The notes beneath the pieces are model-generated. The model saw only the letters and a program-made list of their open reading frames with translations, was not told the origin of the DNA and ran no database searches. The position numbers and the translations under genes are program-made. This document shows positions 21,468 through 31,514 of a stretch of DNA of 64,000 bases, piece by piece. Position 1 is the stretch's first letter. Each line of letters opens with the position of its first letter. Source of the DNA: Candidatus Marinacidobacterales bacterium (GTDB lineage Bacteria > Acidobacteriota > Vicinamibacteria > Marinacidobacterales > DATDRI01); NCBI GenBank assembly GCA_965219415.1, contig CBDCNP010000002.1, positions 4,608,001 through 4,672,000 of the forward strand, written 5' to 3'.

Positions 21468-21689
21468 ATGACCACTGACATCAACGATCTAATTCCCTCG
21501 TATCCCTGCGGGAATTGCGGCAAGGAGCTTGGCAAGAGCTACGCATGGATGAAGTCTCACAATCACTTTGTCTGCGATTGCGGTGCTCGTAATGAGTGGT
21601 TCCCCGATGACATCGAGGAGCTCGTCCAGGGAATCATGAAATTTAGAGAGGATGGCCGCGCGTTGCTCCGTCAGCTCAAGAAGAAGTGA
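21468..21689 (+). CDS. small zinc-ribbon protein
   Basis: CGNC...CDCG, 73 aa. Confidence 0.55.
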   Translation: MTTDINDLIPSYPCGNCGKELGKSYAWMKSHNHFVCDCGARNEWFPDDIEELVQGIMKFREDGRALLRQLKKK

Positions 21690-21772
21690 CAGCTCTTCGC
21701 AAGCGGCTTTCCATTCCGATCCGTCGAACTCAAACTTAGTGTGGAAGGTTTTCATGGGAGGATGATATCAAA

Positions 21773-22013
21773 TTGAGCGGTGTCTTGATTGTGGCCGGGA
21801 TGCTGGCGGGGCTCGCCTTTCAGACTGACCCTGACCGCTTCGATCTTTTCAACAAGTGCAGGCCGATGGATTTAATAGTGGACGTCAGTAGCCTTGGGGG
21901 AGACTCCTCCGCACCGCGCGAGGATATTCAAAAACGCCTTAAAGTTATTGCCGAAAGCCGTTTACGGGCCGCTCGGCTGTACCCTTTCGAGCTTCGCGGC
22001 GGCGACCTATCGC
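21773..22013 (+). pseudogene. secreted hypothetical protein truncated by IS insertion
   Basis: Signal-like start, DRFDLFNKCRPM...AESRLRAARLY, then runs into the IS end. Confidence 0.5.
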
Positions 22014-23298
22014 TGTGCATCGTCAAAACTGCTCCGCCCACGAAATCAAGGACTTACGCTCCGCTTGAATTCCGGGCCGAAGACGGCGAAACTCCGCCGC
22101 TATGCTCGACGTTGTTGTCTTCCTCGTCTCACTTGGCGTCCGTGTCATTCGGGCGATGTGTCGGCGCCGCGCCGACCTGGTGTTGGAGAACGTCGCTTTG
22201 CGGCAGCAAGTGACGGCGCTGAAGAAAGAGCGCCCACGCCCACCGCTCGAAGACACGGAACGGGCTTTCTGGGTTGCTCTTCGAGGTTCGTGGCCCGTGT
22301 GGGCGAGCCGCCTGCTCATCGTCCACGCGGACACCGTGGCCCGTTGGCATCGCGACCGATTCCGACGGTACTGGGCAAAGATCTCGCAGCGCCGCTATCC
22401 CGGTCGGCCTCGGATTGATGCCGAGATTCGCCGCCTCGTCCGCACGATGGCGCAAGACGGCTGGGGGGCGCCACGCATCCATGCTGAGCTCACCAAGCTC
22501 GGTTTCATCATCTCCGAGATTACGGTGTCGCGATACCTGCCGCGGCATCCCGCGGAGCCCGACCAGCTGAAGCGATGGATGGCTTTCTTGCGCAACCATA
22601 AAGACGATATCGCCGCCATGGATCTGTTCACCGTGCCCACCGCTTCGCTCCGGCTGCTGTACGGTTTCTTCGTCATCGAGCACGGCCGTCGGCACATCGT
22701 TCACTTCAACGCCACGTTCCACCCGACGTCTGCTTGGGTTATTCAGCAACTGCGTGAGGCGTTTCCCTACGACACCGCTCCGAAATATCTCATCTTCGAT
22801 CGCGACTTCATCTTTAGCGCTGCGGTCATCGAGTTCATCAAGGCAACGGGCACAAAACCCACTCGCACTTCGTTTCGCAGCCCATGGCAAAACGGAACCG
22901 CGGAGCGGTGGGTCGGCAGCTGCCGTCGCGAGCTCCTTGAGCACGTCGTGGTTCTCGGCGCATGTCATCTCATCCGGCTCGTGCGGGCTTACATCAGCTA
23001 CTATCACGAGGACCGTTGCCACTTGGGGCTGAACAAGGACACACCGAGCTTGAGAGCGGTCACGCACCGACCGTCTCCTACGGCGAAAGTCGTCGCACTG
23101 CCGCGAGTCGGTGGATTGCACCATCGATACGAGTGGCGAGAGGCAGCCTGAGTCAGCTTGGTTGCTCGCGTTACTCGGCTGGTCGCCGAGAAGTTCGTCC
23201 TCAGCACCTTCCCTCGCGCGCTGACCACGCTCTCCAGCATGTGCTCAAGGGCAGTCCGGGCCTAGAGTCCAGTCCCGGATTAATAATGATGATGGACA
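22014..23298 (+). mobile_element. rve/DDE 'integrase core' insertion sequence, copy 1
   Basis: Imperfect TIRs TGTGCATCGTCA / TGATGATGGACA; IHF-like AATCAAGGACTTA near the left end. Confidence 0.85.
22102..23151 (+). CDS. integrase core domain (rve) DDE transposase, 349 aa
   Basis: AMDLF, IFDRD, NGTAERWV DDE motifs; WGAPRIHAEL HTH; GGLHHRY tail. Confidence 0.9.
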   Translation: MLDVVVFLVSLGVRVIRAMCRRRADLVLENVALRQQVTALKKERPRPPLEDTERAFWVALRGSWPVWASRLLIVHADTVARWHRDRFRRYWAKISQRRYPGRPRIDAEIRRLVRTMAQDGWGAPRIHAELTKLGFIISEITVSRYLPRHPAEPDQLKRWMAFLRNHKDDIAAMDLFTVPTASLRLLYGFFVIEHGRRHIVHFNATFHPTSAWVIQQLREAFPYDTAPKYLIFDRDFIFSAAVIEFIKATGTKPTRTSFRSPWQNGTAERWVGSCRRELLEHVVVLGACHLIRLVRAYISYYHEDRCHLGLNKDTPSLRAVTHRPSPTAKVVALPRVGGLHHRYEWREAA

Positions 23299-23332
23299 AC
23301 GGTATTTCCCCGCGTACTCAAGAAGCTTTCCA

Positions 23333-24985
23333 GTTTCAATCCGCTCCCCCTGCCGAAGCAAGGGGAGATACGGTACGCTTCCCTACGGGCGCTTTCACCC
23401 TTACGATGTTTCAATCCGCTCCCCCTGCCGAAGCAAGGGGAGATATCTGCCATCTGCATCCCGCCGAGCACGAGATAACGTAGGCAAGTTTCAATCCGCT
23501 CCCCCTGCCGAAGCAAGGGGAGATATCCAGATCGTGGCGGCACAGACTCCCCGCTCGACGTTTCAATCCGCTCCCCCTGCCGAAGCAAGGGGAGATGTTC
23601 CAAGCGACGTGAATTGAGCGCGGTTCCCTTTGGTTTCAATCCGCTCCCCCTGCCGAAGCAAGGGGAGATATCTCAGATTCGCGTTCACAACCACCTGCGA
23701 CATCTCGGTTTCAATCCGCTCCCCCTGCCGAAGCAAGGGGAGATTAGCGTCCGTACGTGATGGTTGCTTCCGCATCAGAGTTTCAATCCGCTCCCCCTGC
23801 CGAAGTAAGGGGAGATACAACAGCATCACCGGAGAAGACGATCCCAATGTCCTGTTTCAATCCGCTCCCCCTGCCGAAGCAAGGGGAGATTACGGATCTG
23901 CTCGCGATTATCGCGGACCATATAGAGTTTCAATCCGCTCCCCCTGCCGAAGCAAGGGGAGATCTTGCCTAGTTCGACGTTGGCGCCGGCATGAGCCTTG
24001 TTTCAATCCGCTCCCCCTGCCGAAGCAAGGGGAGATGGTTTTGCCTGCGCTTGTAAGCCGCGCCACGGCCCGGTTTCAATCCGCTCCCCCTGCCGAAGCA
24101 AGGGGAGATCAAACTCCACCGCAAAGTACGCGATAACCCACTCTGTTTCAATCCGCTCCCCCTGCCGAAGCAAGGGGAGATAACTCGGCGGTCTACTCGT
24201 CTAGCCATCCGGCCGTTGTTTCAATCCGCTCCCCCTGCCGAAGCAAGGGGAGATGCGCCGGGGCTCAATCCTTACCAAAGATCAGGTCGAGTTTCAATCC
24301 GCTCCCCCTGCCGAAGCAAGGGGAGATGGTCGACGGCGTTTCTTACCCCGTCTACGCTACCTTGTTTCAATCCGCTCCCCCTGCCGAAGCAAGGGGAGAT
24401 ATCTCGTTTTTGAAGGTTCGCTCGATTTACAAATGTTTCAATCCGCTCCCCCTGCCGAAGCAAGGGGAGATACGCCAAAGCTCGACGAGCCCGGGCTAAT
24501 TCTAGAGGTTTCAATCCGCTCCCCCTGCCGAAGCAAGGGGAGATGGGCCGGTTAGGATCTCTCCGGAGTCGTTGTCGTAGGCGTTTCAATCCGCTCCCCC
24601 TGCCGAAGCAAGGGGAGATACGCCAAAGCTCGACGAGCCCGGGCTAATTCTAGAGGTTTCAATCCGCTCCCCCTGCCGAAGCAAGGGGAGATGGGCCGGT
24701 TAGGATCTCTCCGGAGTCGTTGTCGTAGGCGTTTCAATCCGCTCCCCCTGCCGAAGCAAGGGGAGATTTCGCAGCCTGAGCGGCTTGTCGCACGGCCTGC
24801 TTCCGTTTCAATCCGCTCCCCCTGCCGAAGCAAGGGGAGATTTATTTTCTTGGATTCGATAGAAGCGGAAGGTTCGAGTTTCAATCCGCTCCCCCTGCCG
24901 AAGCAAGGGGAGATCCTCGTCTGGACGGAGTTCACGCCCTCGATCGAAGTTTCAATCCGCTCCCCCTGCCGAAGCAAGGGGAGAT
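23333..24985 (-). CRISPR. CRISPR array, 23 repeats of 37 bp and 22 spacers, type I-C-associated
   Basis: Repeat ATCTCCCCTTGCTTCGGCAGGGGGAGCGGATTGAAAC (minus strand); one repeat variant at 23780; AT-richer leader at 24986-25164 next to cas2. Confidence 0.98.
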
Positions 24986-25164
24986 GCCAGTTGCTATAAC
25001 CAGCAAGTTTTCAACAGGTTATACAGGCAGATGCGCGATTCGATCAAATAGATCATTAAGCTCTCTCTTGATCTTTCAAAGAACTTGGTAACCTATTGCT
25101 GTACAGATGTTTTCGAGCTGCGCGAAAGCACGGGAGAAACTCCGTGACCCTACCTTCGCGCAAG

Positions 25165-25455
25165 CTACAATATTAGAGGTGTGCTTAGGTCCAACGGTTC
25201 CATGACCCCATGGTGTTCGGTCTCGTTTTTGGCATCTTCGTCCAGATAATAGATCCTGAGGGAATCCTGTTTGGGATCGATTTCCTTCAGCAGCCGATTC
25301 CTGAACACTGCCCATTCAGTTTTTCCAACCTGACATTCAAAAAGCGATTTTTGAACCCGAACACCGTAATCCTCACAGGCTCTCGCCACGCGGCGTAGCC
25401 GCTTTTGGCCCAGTTTATCGACCGTGGAGACATCATACGCGATCAAGATGAACAT
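25165..25455 (-). CDS. cas2: CRISPR-associated endoribonuclease Cas2
   Basis: ILIAYDV...RLRRVARACEDYGVRVQKSLFEC...DSLRIY. Confidence 0.95.
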   Translation of the reverse strand: MFILIAYDVSTVDKLGQKRLRRVARACEDYGVRVQKSLFECQVGKTEWAVFRNRLLKEIDPKQDSLRIYYLDEDAKNETEHHGVMEPLDLSTPLIL

Positions 25456-26513
25456 TACTTTGGGATAAAAGGGATATAGTCGGGGATGTCGCCGCGGAGT
25501 TTTCGGGCCAATAGCTTGGATTGGACGCTGAACACTAGCCCTAAACGGATATTTTTCTTGAACAGTGCGTGCTTTACTTCCGTTTGCTTGCGCTTTTGCC
25601 AGGACTGGATGACCTCTCTCCTGCCCCGGTCGGTCAACTCCACGGCACCGCCCTCTCGTTGGCGAAAATGTTTGGACAAGATTTGGCGGCGGTTGACGAG
25701 AGTCAACGCTAGCCTCTCTGCTAAACACGGCCGAAATTCTTCCATCAGATCCAAGGCACAGGCGGGCCTTCCCGCGCGCGTCGCATGGAGCCACCCAACG
25801 TATGGATCCAGTCCAGCAGTCGTCAACGCGGCCAAACAATCGTGGCGAATCAAGGCGTAGATGAAGGAAAGCAAGCAGTTTATCCGGTCTCGGGGCGGCC
25901 ACCGCGTGCGGGTTACGAAACGGAAATCCTCTCGTTGTTGTTTGAGCATGTACTGGAACACCGAGAAGTAGATCTTGGCACCCATACCTTCGATTCCTCT
26001 GATCGGGTCAAGTGCTTCCCGGAGCCCACAACCTTGGGAAACGGGCAGGTCATCGCTGAGTTGGTGGATTAGTCGGGCGAGCCCCGCGGCCGCGCCCACC
26101 AGTTTCTCGCGATCCGAATCGTCGGCTTCCCGGCCAGACCGTAAGAGGTTAGAGCGCGCGTTTTGCAGTTTTCCGGCAACGAACTGCCGGGCAATGCGTG
26201 AAGCATCACCTGGACTGTCCGCCGTGGCATACTGAGCCCGGCGCAGCAAGTAGCGAGTGTCTCCACTTCCCAGGACCTGCGCCAACAAATAGCCGTTCTC
26301 CGTGTGATAATGCACCGCCACCTGATGCTTCCAGCACAAGGCCATTGCCGGAGGCGTAACCACGACTTGCCCGAATGTGCAGATGCTGTCCAGGTGGTGA
26401 ATCGGCACCTTCAAGCGGGTTTCCTTTTCGATCTCGATCCGGAGCGTCAAATGCTCCTTGAGCACTATGGTTCCCGGTGTTGTCAGGTAAAGGGTGTTTT
26501 GGATGACGGCCAT
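25455..26513 (-). CDS. cas1: CRISPR-associated endonuclease Cas1, type I-C-like
   Basis: NTLYLTT, RGIEG, NCLLSFIY, GLDPYVGWLH, LDLMEEFR. Confidence 0.95.
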   Translation of the reverse strand: MAVIQNTLYLTTPGTIVLKEHLTLRIEIEKETRLKVPIHHLDSICTFGQVVVTPPAMALCWKHQVAVHYHTENGYLLAQVLGSGDTRYLLRRAQYATADSPGDASRIARQFVAGKLQNARSNLLRSGREADDSDREKLVGAAAGLARLIHQLSDDLPVSQGCGLREALDPIRGIEGMGAKIYFSVFQYMLKQQREDFRFVTRTRWPPRDRINCLLSFIYALIRHDCLAALTTAGLDPYVGWLHATRAGRPACALDLMEEFRPCLAERLALTLVNRRQILSKHFRQREGGAVELTDRGRREVIQSWQKRKQTEVKHALFKKNIRLGLVFSVQSKLLARKLRGDIPDYIPFIPK

Positions 26514-26557
26514 GATGCGTCTTGTCGACTCGCACCGCACGCGGAGCTTGGCAATCG

Positions 26558-27178
26558 CTACTTGGAGGTATCGAACACGTCCCGATAGGCCAAGGCCAGC
26601 GTAGGCGGAGCGCTGGTGATCTCTGGCAAACAGTCTTCAAAAAGCGAACACTCTGAACATTGGGGTTTGTGCACAGCTTGTGGGACCGCTTCCTCTTCGA
26701 TCAGCCGGTGCAAGGCCCTGATGGCCTGCTCAGTGAGGTGGCGTAAATCACTGGTAAACAGAACCTCTCGGCGGCATTTGCTTTTGGCGTGGAAGATCGC
26801 GGCCCGCGGTATATTCATTCCAAACATTTCTTCGAGGCATAGGGCTTGCGCGCAAAGCTGGGCCTCGTCGTTCTCGAACTTGCGGCGTCTGCCCTTTTTA
26901 AACTCGACCGGTGCCAACGAACCGTTGGGATGGCGCTCGACGATATCGCATTTGCCGCTGAGCCCGAGTCGTTCTGACCAAATGGGCAAGGCGCGCAGCA
27001 GGGTCACTCCCCTGACAGTCTCGTAGCCGGAAACGTCGGTCAGCTCGTGGACGATATCGCCGAGCACGGTGTGCTCGTTAGATCTGCGCCACCCCTCAAT
27101 CGCCTTTAATGCCGCCCGTCTCTGGCAAAAAAGGTAGTCGTTGAGGAGAGAGAGTGGGATGGGATCGGGCGATTTCAT
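26558..27178 (-). CDS. cas4: CRISPR-associated exonuclease Cas4
   Basis: FCQRR, GKCDIVE, VEFKKG, QLCAQALCLEEM, CSECSLFEDC Fe-S cysteines. Confidence 0.95.
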   Translation of the reverse strand: MKSPDPIPLSLLNDYLFCQRRAALKAIEGWRRSNEHTVLGDIVHELTDVSGYETVRGVTLLRALPIWSERLGLSGKCDIVERHPNGSLAPVEFKKGRRRKFENDEAQLCAQALCLEEMFGMNIPRAAIFHAKSKCRREVLFTSDLRHLTEQAIRALHRLIEEEAVPQAVHKPQCSECSLFEDCLPEITSAPPTLALAYRDVFDTSK

Positions 27179-27691
27179 AATATCGTCAAGTCTGTCTCAG
27201 AGTAAACGAAAGCACCGACGATGAATTCCGCACGCTGTTGAATCGACTCATCAAAGTAGAAAAATCCCACGCACTCTCCGGAGAAGGCTAACGGCTCGTG
27301 ACTGAGTTGCAGTGATCGTACCAATGATATCGAAGGATAACCACGACCTTCGTACCGAGTTGCGAACTCGTGCGGCGTCCTGTCCCCCAGCCTCTGTGAG
27401 GACGCCCCTAGTTGTACGCCGTCCTGTCCAAAAACACAAACGAACTCAAGACTGGCGCGCCAGGCCGTTTCGATCGTCATCACCCCGTGGCGAGCCCCAG
27501 ATCAGGGGCGTGTCGGAGGCGATGTCGGCGATTCGGGTTCTCCGCACGCGCAGCGAAAACACCGTCCAGCAACGGGATGCTACGCTCCCTGGGCGAAGAC
27601 CTGGATCCAGGTCCTGGGCAAAGATGGACATTAAGGAGGCCAGGGCCACACCTGGACCAGAACGTGCTAGGCCGGCTACGCGGCAGTAGCC

Positions 27692-28975
27692 TGTCCATCA
27701 TCATCATTATTAATCCGGGACTGGAGGCCCGGACCGCCCTCGAGCACATGCTGGAGAGCGTGGTCAGCGGGCGAGGGAAGCTGCTGAGGACGAACTTCTC
27801 GGCGACCAGCCGAGTAACGCGAGCGACCAAGCTGACTCAGGCTGCCTCTCGCCACTCGTATCGATGGTGCAGTCCACCGACTCGCGGCAGTGCGACTACT
27901 TTCGCCGTAGGAGACGGTCGGTGCGTGACCGTTCTCAAGCTCGGTGTGTCCTTGTTCAGTCCCAAGTGGCAACGGTCCTCATGATAGTAGCTGATGTAAG
28001 CTCGCACGAGCCGGATGAGATGACATGCACCGAGAACCACGACGTGCTCAAGGAGCTCGCGACGGCAGCTGCCGACCCACCGCTCCGCGGTTCCGTTTTG
28101 CCATGGGCTGCGAAACGAAGTGCGAACGGGTTTTGTGCCCGTTGCCTTGATGAACTCGATGACCGCAGCGTTAAAGATGAAGTCGCGATCGAAGATGAGA
28201 TATCTCGGAGCGGTGTCGTAGGGAAACGCCTCGCGTAGTTGCTGAATAACCCAAGCAGACGTCGGGTGGAACGTGGCGTTGAAGTGAACGATGTGCCGGC
28301 GACCGTGCTCGATGACGAAGAAGCCGTACAGCAGCCGGAGCGACGCGGTGGGCACGGTGAACAGATCCATGGCGGCGATATCGTCTTTATGGTTGCGCAA
28401 GAAAGCCATCCATCGTTTCAGCTGGTCGGGCTCCGCGGGACGCCGCGGCAGGTATCGCGACACCGTGATCTCGGAGATGATGAAACCGAGCTTGGTGAGC
28501 TCAGCATGGATGCGTGGCGCCCCCCAGCCGTCTTGCGCCATCGTGCGGACGAGGCGACGAATCTCGGCATCAATCCGAGGCCGACCGGGATGGCGGCGCT
28601 GCGAGATATTTGCCCAGTACCGTCGGAATCGGTCGCGATGCCAACGGGCTACGGTGTCCGCGTGGACGATGAGCAGGCGGCTCGCCCACACGGGCCACGA
28701 ACCTCGAAGGGCAACCCAGAAAGCCCGTTCCGTGTCTTCGAGCGGTGGGCGTGGGCGCTCTTTCTTCAGCGCCGTCACTTGCTGCCGCAAAGCGACGTTC
28801 TCCAACACCAGGTCGGCGCGGCGCCGACACATCGCCCGAATGGCACGGACGCCAAGTGAGACGAGGAAGACAACAACGTTGAGCATAGCGGCGGAGTTTC
28901 GCCGGCTTCGGCCCGGAATTCAAGCGGAGCGTAAGTCCTTGATTTCGTGGGCGGAGCAGTTTTGACGATGCACAG
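27692..28975 (-). mobile_element. rve/DDE 'integrase core' insertion sequence, copy 2 (inverted relative to copy 1)
   Basis: Same TIRs as copy 1; CDS at 27837-28886. Confidence 0.85.
27837..28886 (-). CDS. integrase core domain (rve) DDE transposase, 349 aa
   Basis: Near-identical to 22102-23151. Confidence 0.9.
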   Translation of the reverse strand: MLNVVVFLVSLGVRAIRAMCRRRADLVLENVALRQQVTALKKERPRPPLEDTERAFWVALRGSWPVWASRLLIVHADTVARWHRDRFRRYWANISQRRHPGRPRIDAEIRRLVRTMAQDGWGAPRIHAELTKLGFIISEITVSRYLPRRPAEPDQLKRWMAFLRNHKDDIAAMDLFTVPTASLRLLYGFFVIEHGRRHIVHFNATFHPTSAWVIQQLREAFPYDTAPRYLIFDRDFIFNAAVIEFIKATGTKPVRTSFRSPWQNGTAERWVGSCRRELLEHVVVLGACHLIRLVRAYISYYHEDRCHLGLNKDTPSLRTVTHRPSPTAKVVALPRVGGLHHRYEWREAA

Positions 28976-29559
28976 CCGCAGAAAGGGCCGCAACAGGACG
29001 ATACCCGCATCGGCCATTTCTGAGATCGGCTCCCCGTCTGCGGTAGCCCGACCTCGATTCTGGGCCTCTCGGGCGGCCTCTTTTCCGCCGCCGCACGGCC
29101 CGGTCAGCGGCCCGCTCCCCCCTTTGGCGCGAACGTGGCACTCGAAAATCGAGATTAGAGACGAAAACCGAAAATGAGGCCAGATCAGCCCTTCTAGCGC
29201 GTCTCTGGTGACACCTGATCCTGCAAAACCGCGCCAACGGCGCGGAAAATCTCACCCGTCTCTGCAGTGCCACAATTGGCCAGACTGGGTGGCGGATAGT
29301 GTAGTTTGGAGCTATCCGGTCTCGGCTGGCAACCGTGAAAAACAGGGAGTTTACAGAGAAGAATGGACACAAAATGACCCCCGAGCGCCAAAAAACCATC
29401 CGGGAGTGCGTTCTGGCTAAGGATGCCGGGGGTAGGTCGCAGACGTCGCAGGCGTCAATAAAGCCAAGTTCTACGCCTGTTTAGCGCGTGGGGAGCAGGC
29501 CAAGAGTGGCCTATATCGTCAATTTTATCAAGAGCGAAACCTATGGTAGAATTCCAAAA

Positions 29560-30759
29560 ATGGCTGGGCGGAAAACCAAACTCACCCCCGAGCGCCAAGA
29601 GAAGATCCTCAAGTGCGTTCGAGCAGGGATGACCTATAAGGCGGCAGCGGAGTCCGCTGGCATAGCCCTAGAGACGCTTTGTAGGTGGATCGCACGTGGG
29701 GAGAAGGCGGAGAGCGGCCTATTTCATGAATTTTACGAGTCCGTCCAGGAGGCCCTGGCACACTTCGAATGGGTTCACCTCGAGAACATCGAGCGGAGCG
29801 CCCTCGGGGAGAGCAAGATTATCCAGCAGACGGTGAAATACGAGGTCGGCGAAATCCTAAACGGCCAGTTGAAAGACGGGAAGGTCAAGTACGCTACGAC
29901 CGCGACGAAGTCTCGCCCACGGAACTGGAAGAGGTCGGCGTGGCTGCTCGCGCGGCGGTTGCCCGAGAGGTGGGCGCCACGAGCAAGAGGAGAGGCTCGC
30001 GATAGACAACCCACCGTCATTTGGCTCCTACCGGATAATGGACGTATGCGCCGAATGCCGGGGGTTAAGACTGTGCAATTGCCAGGAAAGAGGCCAAGAG
30101 CGGACAATTCCGTGAATTTTAAGATTCCCCCAAACATGGCTGGACGGAAAACTAAACTCACCCCCGAGCGCCAAGAGAAGATCCTCAGGTGCGTTCGAGC
30201 AGGGATGATCTATAAGAATGCAGCGCAGTCCGCTGGCATAACCCCAGAGACACTTTGCAGGTGGCTCGCACGTGGGAAGGTAGAGAGCGGCCTATTTCAT
30301 GAATTTTACGAGTCCGTCCGGAAGGCCCTGGTACACTTCGAATTGGTTCACCTCGAGAACATCGAGCGGAGCGCCCTCGGGGAGAGCAAGATTATCCAGC
30401 AGACGGTGAAATACAAGGGCGGCGAAATTCTAAACGGCCAGTTGAAAGACGGGAAGGTCAAGTACGCTACGATCGTGTCGAAGTTTACCCCGCCGAAGGC
30501 GGATGCTTCGATGTGGCTGCTCGCGCGGCGGTTCCCCGAGAGGTGGGGGGCACAAGCAAAAGGAGAAGCTCACGAAGGAAAGGCTCCCGATAGACAAGCC
30601 ACTGTCATACTCTACAAACTGGATAAAAGTGGACGTGTATGCGACTTGGTGCTCCCCTCCGATCCTCACTTTAGTAGCGAAATGCTGAAATCACCCGATT
30701 TTCTGCGGAGAGTTCAGAAGACGCTATTGGCGGCGGGGCATCCGCGTCCGACTGCATAG
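29560..30759 (+). CDS. tandem-duplicated phage terminase small subunit-like HTH protein
   Basis: Two ~190-aa units MAGRKTKLTPERQEKI...AGI..ETLCRW...WLLARR.PERW in one frame. Confidence 0.6.
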   Translation: MAGRKTKLTPERQEKILKCVRAGMTYKAAAESAGIALETLCRWIARGEKAESGLFHEFYESVQEALAHFEWVHLENIERSALGESKIIQQTVKYEVGEILNGQLKDGKVKYATTATKSRPRNWKRSAWLLARRLPERWAPRARGEARDRQPTVIWLLPDNGRMRRMPGVKTVQLPGKRPRADNSVNFKIPPNMAGRKTKLTPERQEKILRCVRAGMIYKNAAQSAGITPETLCRWLARGKVESGLFHEFYESVRKALVHFELVHLENIERSALGESKIIQQTVKYKGGEILNGQLKDGKVKYATIVSKFTPPKADASMWLLARRFPERWGAQAKGEAHEGKAPDRQATVILYKLDKSGRVCDLVLPSDPHFSSEMLKSPDFLRRVQKTLLAAGHPRPTA

Positions 30760-31254
30760 AGTTCGTGTCCGCCCCGCCTATCGCGGAGCACCCGTGGCCG
30801 AATCACGGCGGAGGACAACGATGGAGCCTGACCAGAAGCCCGCTGCGCCGGACGGTTCCCCCGCTGATGCTCAGGGTGCCGATAATAATGATGATGAAGA
30901 ACACGCAACCGATGCACCGATGGGTGCTTCCGCAGTCAAGTGTTGGCGGCCGCCGCGTAACCTGTTCGCGTGCTAGAGTCTTAGCCTGATTTCGAGAGGC
31001 GCAGTTCTTTCGTCGATGCCGGCTGGGCCGAGTTTTGGCACAGGACGGGGTCGAGGTGCTCGATCCTCACGCTCCCGAACTTCGCATCGCCGCCCGGAGC
31101 CAACACATCCGCCGCCGCCGGAAACTGGAAAGCCGCCCGCATGGTGGCCCACTACTACGCCGGTACCGCCACCGAACCGGGGCTGTCAAGAAATACCTCT
31201 AGGCTTGACTTCGGGTGGCGCCCGCGATAGTCGTTGCTCTCCAGGAGGCGCTGT

Positions 31255-31458
31255 ATGGAGAGGATACACAAGAGCATCACGACCGAGCGGGTCGACCGCG
31301 CCATAGAGCATGATAGGGGGGGAGTCATCATTCCAGCGTTTTGTCTCGTATGCGGCGCTGACCAAGAGTGCAGAGTGGGCCATGAGGAACACGGCGAGTG
31401 CAACGTCTGCGGCGCTCCCCAGGTGTACGCAGCCCACCGTCTCGCCTCCTCCGATTAG
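31255..31458 (+). CDS. small Cys-rich (CxxC...CxxC) protein
   Basis: FCLVCG...ECNVCG; AGGAGG upstream of the ATG. Confidence 0.5.
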   Translation: MERIHKSITTERVDRAIEHDRGGVIIPAFCLVCGADQECRVGHEEHGECNVCGAPQVYAAHRLASSD

Positions 31459-31514
31459 CAAATGGAGCTAGATCTGTAGAGGGGGGCTCCATTACGATTG
31501 CCGGTTGTCACGCG

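Noticed and set aside
22129-23124. 331-aa antisense ORF (also 48527-49522, 15025-15969, 63041-63982, 12907-13566)
   Set aside because: Shadow frames of recognisable genes in GC-rich DNA; the equivalent frame is broken by a stop in IS copy 2.
23745-23779. Spacer containing GGTTGCTTCCGCATCA, similar to the IS1 TIR GGTGCTTCCGCCATCA
   Set aside because: Needs two indels over ~16 nt and the rest of the spacer does not match; consistent with chance.
23280-24999. ORFs called across the CRISPR array
   Set aside because: They are translations of repeats and spacers.
25165-25902. 245-aa extended Cas2
   Set aside because: The extension overlaps cas1 out of frame; the real start is the coupled ATG at 25455.
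22014-28975. CRISPR-associated transposon (CAST)
   Set aside because: No TnsC/TniQ, Cascade or Cas12k. The same transposase occurs at 48412 without CRISPR.
29488-31458. Prophage
   Set aside because: No large terminase, portal, capsid, tail or phage integrase genes in the window.
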